DNA of 64,000 nt from a candidate division FCPU426 bacterium (GTDB lineage: Bacteria; Oederibacteriota; Muellerivitia; Muellerivitales; DAHXKG01): NCBI GenBank assembly GCA_027366525.1, contig DAHXKG010000003.1, positions 5,453 to 69,452 of the forward strand, written 5' to 3'. A program made the position numbers and the translations under genes. This document shows, piece after piece, positions 10,669 through 18,255 of this stretch; position 1 is the first letter of the stretch; each line of letters begins with the position of its first letter. The notes beneath the pieces are model-generated. The model ran no database searches. It saw nothing but the letters and a program-made list of their open reading frames with translations, and had not been told where the DNA came from.

Positions 10669-11526
10669 TCAAACCGTCGCCACTAGGAACTCTTCGCCAC
10701 TGAATGGCCTAAAGCCATCCTTCCGATTCGAAAAATACCGCTGGGCCAATTCATCCGACGAGACGTGGCGAGCTTTTTGAAACCCAGCCTCGCGGGCAAG
10801 GGCCGTCATCTCCTCCGGCCTGAAGAAACTAACAAAAGGGGTCCCGGCGGCTTTGGCGCCTGCGACCGCTCGCTCCATCCCCACGCGGATCTCAGAGGCA
10901 ACCATCTCGATTGGAAAGATGAAGGTCATAGCAAGCGTAGAACCAGGAGCCGACTGGGCGATGCGATGCAGAGTATCAAAAACGGCGTCCTTCGTAAGGT
11001 ACATGGAAACTCCCGTGGAGGCTACTACCACTGGGTGGGAGGAATCAAACCCTGCCCCTTGAAGAGCCAGCTTCCAATCCTCCCCAGCCTCAAAGTCCAC
11101 TGGAACAAACTTGAGCGAATCCGGGACACCAAAACCCAGTTCCGCTAGGCGCCGAACTTTCCAGGCTTGTGTACTGGGCTGATCCACTTCGAAGACCTGA
11201 AGCTTCTTGGACATTTCCGGCCTACGTTGGACGAAGCTATCCAAGCCAGCGCCGAGGATCACATACTGACCAACGCCCCTTCCCACCTGATCCACCACTA
11301 AGTCCTCCACAAACCGAGCTCGGGCCACGATGGAGGCCTGGAAATATTTCGTCCATTCGGGATGCATGTCGGGCCGGTCACGCCAGCCCGCTTCGGGTGC
11401 CACCAGTTTCAGACCAATTTCATCCTCGAAAATCGGAGGCTTGTCGTCCACCTGAAGGTGCATTGCCCGCCAAAGAGCGGTTCTAACGGCCGTTTGATCA
11501 GGAATAAGCGGTTGTATGTTTTTCAT
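10669..11526 (-). CDS. Class I SAM-dependent methyltransferase (leucine carboxyl methyltransferase/YktD family)
   Basis: TA...A.WRA, RARFVED, QYVILGAGLDSF, VFEVDQP, FVPVDFE motifs; ATG 11526 after a GGGAG RBS. Confidence 0.9.
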   Translation of the reverse strand: MKNIQPLIPDQTAVRTALWRAMHLQVDDKPPIFEDEIGLKLVAPEAGWRDRPDMHPEWTKYFQASIVARARFVEDLVVDQVGRGVGQYVILGAGLDSFVQRRPEMSKKLQVFEVDQPSTQAWKVRRLAELGFGVPDSLKFVPVDFEAGEDWKLALQGAGFDSSHPVVVASTGVSMYLTKDAVFDTLHRIAQSAPGSTLAMTFIFPIEMVASEIRVGMERAVAGAKAAGTPFVSFFRPEEMTALAREAGFQKARHVSSDELAQRYFSNRKDGFRPFSGEEFLVATV

Positions 11527-11555
11527 GCCCCTATCTCCCACCTACTTTTTTTAGT

Positions 11556-11570
11556 GTCCCCATCGTGGAC
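11556..11570. repeat. 15-bp cassette-boundary repeat, copy 3 (GTCCCCATCGTGGAC)
   Basis: One mismatch to copies 1 and 2; shares the following AAGT with copy 2; 27 bp beyond the HEPN stop codon. Confidence 0.9.
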
Positions 11571-11597
11571 AAGTTTTCGACTACAAGTTGTACGTCT

Positions 11598-12011
11598 TTA
11601 CTTCAAAATATCCTTCGGAAAACTTGTGCGAATCGCCGTTCTTACCTTAACGGCTAAGGCCGTCGTTTCTTCGGCTTCCTGCCGATTCATGGGTTCCCAA
11701 TTCCCCGGATAGCGGCCCATCCAGGCATAACTCGTTAATTTTTCCTGCTCAGCAAGGGTCAATGGAAAACTAAAACCCAAAGGAAAAAGTTTGACGATTT
11801 CCGCGATGTCATGGCTTTTCGGGAAGTCGATCGAGAGGTAGACTAGGCGTGATTTTAAATATTTTTCGATGCATTGTTGGGCCAGGAAACAAACCACATC
11901 GCAGGGGCAATCATCGCCCATTTTTAGGAGGTTTTGAAAAGCCTTATGATCGTTTTCAGCCTTCTCGATCCATTGGCGGACAATCGCAAATTGTTCAGGC
12001 GGCACGCTCAT
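11598..12011 (-). CDS. HEPN domain protein (MNT-HEPN module)
   Basis: W..KAE.D, CFLAQQCIEKYLK, PKSHDI, RYP motifs; overlaps the MNT gene. Confidence 0.9.
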   Translation of the reverse strand: MSVPPEQFAIVRQWIEKAENDHKAFQNLLKMGDDCPCDVVCFLAQQCIEKYLKSRLVYLSIDFPKSHDIAEIVKLFPLGFSFPLTLAEQEKLTSYAWMGRYPGNWEPMNRQEAEETTALAVKVRTAIRTSFPKDILK

Positions 12012-12324
12012 AGAGAACTTTCCCCTCGTGAACAGCCGTCTTGATAATGGTCCCCACGATATCCCTGAACTTTCGGACCTCCTCGGGGGTCACCACAAAA
12101 ACATCCTTTGCCAAACCTATCCCACTCAGGGCAAGGCGCACCTCCACACATTTATCGACATGGCGACCTGCGAAGGGCATAACAACTAAAAGGTCCACGT
12201 CGCTATCCTGGCCGGCCGTCCCCCGGGCATAGGAACCGAAAAGGATGATCTGAACCGGGTTAAATTTTTCGACGATCCGCCGGACCATTTCTTGGATGAT
12301 GTCTTGAGCGCTCACGCTTTGCAT
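11995..12324 (-). CDS. Minimal nucleotidyltransferase (MNT)
   Basis: IILFGSYARG....DSDVDLLVV motif; EGKVLYE ending. Confidence 0.92.
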   Translation of the reverse strand: MQSVSAQDIIQEMVRRIVEKFNPVQIILFGSYARGTAGQDSDVDLLVVMPFAGRHVDKCVEVRLALSGIGLAKDVFVVTPEEVRKFRDIVGTIIKTAVHEGKVLYERAA

Positions 12325-12388
12325 TTAATTCCCTTTATGACTCGAATAGGCAATAACGGCTTCAACGATATCCTTGAACGACATTATA

Positions 12389-13444
12389 CCGGAATTTCCC
12401 AGATGGCATTGTCTGGCAACGTTGACGGGTAACTTGGTGTTCATTATATCGCCCCCCCCCCGCTTTTTCCATCCGATTTTGGGGTCAGGACCCAACCTAG
12501 GCGCCAAGCTTAGTCTCCTCAAGCCTTTGGAGACCCCCAAAGCAACTCCGAAATGGTTTTTTCCTCTCGTGGACAGACACCTATCCCTTTGAGATTTTCA
12601 GACAGCCGACTTTTTGACCCTTCCTAAACTACCCGAGCCCCGGCGCCCGTGGCCTCATGGATCCCAAGTCCCGAATCCGGTCCAGAATTTCGGAGAACAG
12701 TTGCCTGGAAACAGCCACTTCCGCCATCCGGAAGACCACGTACCTAGAATGCCGCACCACGTGGGCCCCGATCTTGATAAGTTTTTCCCGCAAGCTCGTC
12801 ATTGACCAGTGCTTCACGGGTTCCGGCAGTACCAGACGGCGCAGAAAGTTGCCCAGGTTGTAGGCCAGGGTAAAAAGCTGGAGCCGCACTTGGTTGTCCA
12901 CGAAATCATGGCAACTTAGCCGCGTCCACTTGACTGCGTTTTTCCCCTCTTTGATCCACTGCTCGGCTGTGCCTCGCCCGTTGTAGAACTTCACCACCTG
13001 CCGCGCCCAATACCGGAGGTTTGTCACGATGAACCCAACGCGTGGAAAAAGTTCCCCGTTGTGGTGTTCGATCTTCGCCACCACCCGGCGGGGTTTTCCC
13101 CAACTGGCAGCCTGGTACTGGAAGCTGTGATACCGAACCAAGGGTCTGTGGGAAGGGCACCCTACGGGACGGGCCAAAAAAGGCTCGACTTCCCGCTCCA
13201 ACACGTCATTGGAAGCCAAGCGAATGACGTAAGAGTAGCCTTCCTTCTCAAGGAACTCATACAGCTCCGGCCGGGCAAACGCCGCGTCGCCCCGGAAGAA
13301 TCGCTGGATGGGCAGGTCTCGGTAGCGTTCCACGATGGGTTCCAACATCGAACGCCACTGGTCGGCGCTAGCGACGTTTCCATTCCGCAAAAAGGCTCTT
13401 TCCAGGTCGCCGAACTGGTTGAAGCAGAACAAAGGGTGATAGCA
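12389..13444 (-). mobile_element. IS1380-family element, 5'-truncated
   Basis: Transposase 3' half (CYHPLFCFNQFGDLE, RGDAAFA, YNGRGTAEQWIKEGK, REKLIKIGA) ending 12629; CATCTGGGAAATTCCGG at 12405-12389 resembles an IS1380 right terminal repeat. Confidence 0.85.
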
Positions 13445-13448
13445 AGCA

Positions 13449-14210
13449 TTGGGAGGAATGGCGGCATCGCTTCGTGGAGGGCTCTCGCTAGGGCTTTGTG
13501 GATTTTCATTTTGGAGTCACGATATTGGCGGTTTTTCTCATCCTCCCAGTTTAGAACTATATCGGCGGTGGGTGCCATTTGGCATGCTGCTGTCCCATAG
13601 CCGTTGTCATGGAGTTCCTCCGAGAGAGCCTTGGTTTTATGGGCAATCATTTGAAAACGAATTTCGCTTATCCGTTGAATTGCGGTATCGGTTAATGCCT
13701 TATCTTTATGCGCAATCCCTGGATAGTTGTCACCAAGGTCATCCTCTCATGCGACCGCTTTTTTTTGAATATCCAAATGATCTTGTTTCCTGGCTTATTG
13801 AAGATGAATATTTACTCGGTTCAAATTTACTTATTGCACCTCTTTTAGAAATTTCACTCCAGCGTCCGGTTTACCTACCTCCGGGTGAATGGATCGATTA
13901 TCAGTCTTCCGTACAATATTCAGGAGGCCAATGGCATATCATTGAATCTGGAAAAATTCCTTGTATTATTCTCGTAAAAAGCGGAACTGTACTCCCGGAA
14001 ACCTCTGTTGTACCCTCGACACAATTCATCGATTGGTCTCATTTGAACTTAAATCTCTATGGCTCCGAACACGAATTTCAGGGTCTGATTGCGCTTCCCC
14101 ATCGTCCACATCTTCATCCTATTCAAATTCAATGGCACCAAAATCAATGGAAAATTCAAAAAGGACATCTTTCAAACGTCATTTATCACATTCAAAAAGT
14201 AGCTCCCTAG
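13449..14210 (+). pseudogene. GH31 alpha-xylosidase, 3' fragment
   Basis: LRGGLSLG..GFSFWSHDIGGF, ELYRRW, HSRCHG, LRYRLMPYLY, PLMRPLFFEYP motifs. Confidence 0.88.
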
Positions 14211-14230
14211 TTCGATAACTAGGGAGCTAC
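14199..14230. terminator. Intrinsic terminator hairpin between the convergent GH31 and degP genes
   Basis: Perfect 14-bp inverted repeat GTAGCTCCCTAGTT-CGAT-AACTAGGGAGCTAC; T run follows on the minus strand. Confidence 0.85.
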
Positions 14231-14237
14231 CATCTTT

Positions 14238-15752
14238 TTAATTATCTTGTAAAAATCCGTATAAGGTAATTCCATTTCTCCAAACTAAAAGTCTAAGTCC
14301 TTGTTTTAAATTACTTTTATTCAAAACACGGGTTAATTGAGCAGCAGTATACACTCGTTGATCATTCGCTTGTATGACCACATCGCCCGGCTTGAATCCA
14401 GCTTGACCCGCAGGTCCATTAGGATTTACATGAGTTAAAATGGGGCCTTTAGGAGCCCCTGCTGGCAAGGGATGATTGGCGGATGAATTAACATATGAAA
14501 TGCCTAAATTATGAATGGTATTGCTCCCGCCTGTAGTTGTTTTCTCCTCCTGTTGCTTCATTTTCTTTTCAAATCCCGGTGTTAACGCTTCCAACGTAAC
14601 ATGAAGCTTTTGAATATGACCATTTCTGAAAATCGTCAAAATAATATGCTGCCCTGGATTATAAGTATAAAGTTCTGCAACCAAATCCGTTGAATTAATA
14701 ATTCGAATACCATCCAGTTTGAGAATGATATCTCCTGTTTTTAATCCCGCTTTTTGTGCTGCACTTCCTGGGTTTACATAGGAAACCAAAGCTCCTTCTG
14801 TTGTATTCAGTCCAAAACTTTTAGCCATTTTATAACTCAAGGATTGAACAATGGCACCTAGTCCCGCTCGAATGACTTTTCCAGTATCCACTAAATCTTC
14901 TGCTACTTTTTTGGCTACATTAATAGGAATGGCAAATCCAATACCTATCGATCCGCCGGATTGACTATAAATCGCCGTATTAATTCCGATGACTTCACCC
15001 TCAATATTACATAGCGGACCTCCCGAATTTCCTGGATTAATCGAAGCATCCGTTTGAATATAACTTTGATACGTTGAATCTTCGCTAATCGGAATACTAC
15101 GACCTTTGGCCGATACCACACCACTCGTAACGGTATGATTCAATCCAAAGGGATTGCCAATGGCAATGACCCATTGCCCGACTTGAATATTATTTGAATT
15201 GCCCAGCACTACATGAGGCAAATATTTATGCGCATTAATTTTAACAACTGCAATATCCGTTTTGGGATCCTTCCCAATAATAGTCCCCTTGAAATGCTCG
15301 CCATCCTGAAGAATAACCGTAATCCGTTTTGCTTTTCCAATGACATGGTTATTCGTCAGAATGTAGCCTGAAGAGGTAATAATAAACCCTGATCCCAAAG
15401 CCTGTTCCTTTTGTTTATACTCTGGGATTTGCCCACCTTGCCCTCCATTAAACCAAAAATTAAAAAATTGATTCAATGAACCAAAATTATTCATTGGAAC
15501 ATTTTCAGTCCACTCAGAACTAATATTCACGACTGCCGGACTAACTTTTGTTGCAACGTCAATAAACGCTTGCTGCACAGCCAAGGCTGGATTACTGGAG
15601 CCTAATTGAACCGGTGGAGGGCCTGAGGGCAGCTGCAATGTTCGTGCAGAAATTTTTGAAACGATACTCCCTGCAATAAAAGCCAGTACTCCTAAAAAGA
15701 GAACTAATTTAATTCTTTTTTTTAGTTTTCCGTTTAAATTTATTAAGTTCAT
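14238..15752 (-). CDS. degP: HtrA/DegP (Do-family) serine protease with two PDZ domains
   Basis: GSGFII, LTNNHV, DIAVVKI, QTDASINPGNSGGPL. Confidence 0.93.
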   Translation of the reverse strand: MNLINLNGKLKKRIKLVLFLGVLAFIAGSIVSKISARTLQLPSGPPPVQLGSSNPALAVQQAFIDVATKVSPAVVNISSEWTENVPMNNFGSLNQFFNFWFNGGQGGQIPEYKQKEQALGSGFIITSSGYILTNNHVIGKAKRITVILQDGEHFKGTIIGKDPKTDIAVVKINAHKYLPHVVLGNSNNIQVGQWVIAIGNPFGLNHTVTSGVVSAKGRSIPISEDSTYQSYIQTDASINPGNSGGPLCNIEGEVIGINTAIYSQSGGSIGIGFAIPINVAKKVAEDLVDTGKVIRAGLGAIVQSLSYKMAKSFGLNTTEGALVSYVNPGSAAQKAGLKTGDIILKLDGIRIINSTDLVAELYTYNPGQHIILTIFRNGHIQKLHVTLEALTPGFEKKMKQQEEKTTTGGSNTIHNLGISYVNSSANHPLPAGAPKGPILTHVNPNGPAGQAGFKPGDVVIQANDQRVYTAAQLTRVLNKSNLKQGLRLLVWRNGITLYGFLQDN

Positions 15753-16104
15753 GTGATAACTCCTTGGATAAAAATGGTTCCTCCGAAACTTTGAATTTTT
15801 CTTCTGAGGAATGTTTCATCAATGACAACTGTTGTAAAAACACTTTTTCAATCTCTTCATTTGAACTCGACAACTGAACAAATATTCGGACACCTGCTAG
15901 ATTGACACCACATTCTTTGACCAAAAAAGTAATACGTTCGAGTCGCTCCACATCGTCTTTGGAAAACATACGAATTTGATTAGCAGATCGACAAGGTTTA
16001 ATTAATCCTAATCGTTCGTATTGACGAATCGTTTGCTCATGTAATCCCAAAAGACGAGCTACCACTCGAATAGTAAATACAGGATCTAGCGGATCGACAT
16101 CCAT
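15709..16104 (-). CDS. hspR: MerR-family regulator, HspR-like
   Basis: PVFTIRVVARLLGLHEQTIRQYERLGLI..R...R.FS..D, GVNLAGV. Confidence 0.8.
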   Translation of the reverse strand: MDVDPLDPVFTIRVVARLLGLHEQTIRQYERLGLIKPCRSANQIRMFSKDDVERLERITFLVKECGVNLAGVRIFVQLSSSNEEIEKVFLQQLSLMKHSSEEKFKVSEEPFLSKELSHELNKFKRKTKKKN

Positions 16105-16131
16105 TCTTATTTATTACCTTTTAAAAGTATG

Positions 16132-16986
16132 TTAAACTTCAACAAATTCCCGAAGTTTTTCGACCTGAGTGGATTTCCGAATTTTATTCATTGCACGTTC
16201 TTCAATTTGTCGAACGCGCTCTTTAGAAATATTAAGTCGTTTACCAATAGCATCCAGTGTTTGTGCTCCTTGCCCATCCAATCCATATCGCCATACCAAA
16301 ATTTTTTCATCCCGCGATCCCAATTTGCTGAGAATGGCTTGCAAATCTCTTGTTAAATCTTGATTCATCAGTTGCTTCTCAAACGCCTCGGTTCCGTGCT
16401 GTGGATCCTTCAAAAAATCCAAAATCGGATGTTCCTGATCGCCAAGAACAGTGGTATCAAGTGATAAATATTTCTGATTGAATCGTTGGAGGTCATTTAC
16501 GACTTCTTGATTGAGATTCATTTTGTCCATTGCTTCGGATTCTTTGAGGACTTCTCCACTCGCTTGTTGGAGTGCCGCTACTTGCTTGTTCAGTTTCCTC
16601 ATTTTTTTAGTTTGACTTTGTGGAATTCGAACTACTCCTATTTTATCCATTAATGCCGCTAAGATCGCTTGTTTAATCCACCAAACTGCATATGACACAA
16701 ATCGAACGTTGCGCTTTGGATCAAATGTTTTCGCAGCACGAATGAGTCCTAAATTACCTTCATTAATTAAATCCAACATTGCTAATCCACGATTCGAATA
16801 ATTTTTAGCTACCGAGACCACAAATCGAAGATTGGCTTCAATTAGTTGATCAAATGCTTTGCTGTCGCCCTGCAAGGTTTTTTCAGCCAATTGTTTTTCT
16901 TCTTCAGCGGTTAACAAAGGAATTCTTGCTATTTCCTTGAGATATGTTGAAAGTGATTTTTCTTCGTTAAAATAAGTCAAAACCAT
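16132..16986 (-). CDS. Sigma70-family (RpoD/SigB-like group) RNA polymerase sigma factor
   Basis: YLKEI...[47 protein letters not shown]. Confidence 0.93.
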   Translation of the reverse strand: MVLTYFNEEKSLSTYLKEIARIPLLTAEEEKQLAEKTLQGDSKAFDQLIEANLRFVVSVAKNYSNRGLAMLDLINEGNLGLIRAAKTFDPKRNVRFVSYAVWWIKQAILAALMDKIGVVRIPQSQTKKMRKLNKQVAALQQASGEVLKESEAMDKMNLNQEVVNDLQRFNQKYLSLDTTVLGDQEHPILDFLKDPQHGTEAFEKQLMNQDLTRDLQAILSKLGSRDEKILVWRYGLDGQGAQTLDAIGKRLNISKERVRQIEERAMNKIRKSTQVEKLREFVEV

Positions 16987-17050
16987 AATCGCCCTCCTCT
17001 ATCTTGTAAATCCTGGGATTATTTGGAATAAATTTTATTTAGTTTTAAAT

Positions 17051-17080
17051 ATAATATAAGTTGAGCCACTTCATGTCAAG
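17051..17080 (-). promoter_or_regulatory. Promoter with overlapping HAIR-like HspR operator
   Basis: TTGACA-17bp-TATTAT; CTTGACA-N7-GCTCAAC versus HAIR CTTGAGT-N7-ACTCAAG. Confidence 0.65.
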
Positions 17081-17175
17081 TGTATTTATTTCAATTTTAT
17101 AGGTTAGACGTCTGAGTCTTGAAAAAAGTTTATCTGAAATTGAAGTTTTGAAGAATAATTATATTGTTAAATATT

Positions 17176-18231
17176 TTATTCTTTTCTGGAAATTGCTTTA
17201 TTATAAAAAATATTTCGAATCGTATCTAAATACAAAGTAAAGGCCACGGCCATGGGAATCAAATAATAAACAACCCGAAACAGTAAAATGGCAATCAAGA
17301 CTTGATCAATATGTAGCCCTAAAGTATAAAAAAGCCCTGTCACCGCACTTTCAGCAATACCTATTCCACCTGGTACAATATTGAGATTGGATAAAAGGAA
17401 TTGGATAGAAAATCCCACCAACAAAAATCCAAAAGGCAGTGCAATGTTCACGGCACGAAAACAAAAGTAAAATACCAATACCGTAAAAGTCCAATCCATA
17501 ATTACCCAAAATAATGTAATCCCCAATTGCAACCATCCCTGATGCAATAATTGAATGGATTCATCAAAATTGTGCAGCATCCGACTCCAAATTGAATTTC
17601 TGGATTTTTTTCGAAACCAGCGAATCCAAACCCAATCCCAAATTTTAAAACTATAGTTTAAAACCTTATGACGAAACACTGTACTCAAAAAACCAAGCGC
17701 AAAAAAAAGCACCATAATTCCTAACCCGACAATAAGCACACCCACCAAATCTATACCCCATCCGGTATAAATTTTTTTCCACTCCAAAAGATAAACTCCT
17801 CCACTCAAACATAAAATCAATAACACGAAATTTGTTAACATCCCTTGAGCTATTGAAATCGAAATGCCAAATGAATATGAAATCTTAGCTTGTTTAAAAA
17901 GAAATGCGCGTACCGCTAAACTAGAAAGCCCTGCGGATGAAACAATATAATTAAATGTTGAAGATATGAATGTGATCGAAAATAACCGCGGAAATGGAAT
18001 CGTTGTTTTAATTAGTTCAAATAACCCACTAAAGGATAAAGCAATCGAAATGTACGCAAGCGTCGTACAGATTAAAGCAAATATTAGCGCTGAAATTTTC
18101 AAATGATCCAATACACTTGGAAGCTTTGAAATATTAACTAAAAATGAAGCAACTAATCCAAACAAAAACAAACCGAGAATGGCTAATGCAATCAAACCAT
18201 GTGTAGGACGAACGGAACGAGTCATGCGCAA
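17176..18231 (-). CDS. Lysylphosphatidylglycerol synthase TM-like (UPF0104/YbhN) flippase-domain protein
   Basis: Multi-TM protein with PGGIGIAE and LLFRVVYY motifs. Confidence 0.8.
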   Translation of the reverse strand: MRMTRSVRPTHGLIALAILGLFLFGLVASFLVNISKLPSVLDHLKISALIFALICTTLAYISIALSFSGLFELIKTTIPFPRLFSITFISSTFNYIVSSAGLSSLAVRAFLFKQAKISYSFGISISIAQGMLTNFVLLILCLSGGVYLLEWKKIYTGWGIDLVGVLIVGLGIMVLFFALGFLSTVFRHKVLNYSFKIWDWVWIRWFRKKSRNSIWSRMLHNFDESIQLLHQGWLQLGITLFWVIMDWTFTVLVFYFCFRAVNIALPFGFLLVGFSIQFLLSNLNIVPGGIGIAESAVTGLFYTLGLHIDQVLIAILLFRVVYYLIPMAVAFTLYLDTIRNIFYNKAISRKE

Positions 18232-18255
18232 TCCTCGACCAAAGTGATGGTGTTG

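Noticed and set aside
10196-11570. 15-bp repeats as a CRISPR array or classical attC sites
   Set aside because: The repeats are too short and are separated by whole genes; there are no cas or intI genes in the window and no GTTRRRY/RYYYAAC boxes.
12896-12903. GTCCACGA inside the transposase (also at 35162 in jag)
   Set aside because: Opposite orientation, inside coding sequence and lacking the GGGGAC arm; chance 8-mer matches.
12325-13650. Overlapping ORFs 12325-12540, 12374-12592, 12614-12805, 13061-13600 and 13162-13650
   Set aside because: Alternative or antisense frames of GC-rich IS DNA with no recognisable motifs.
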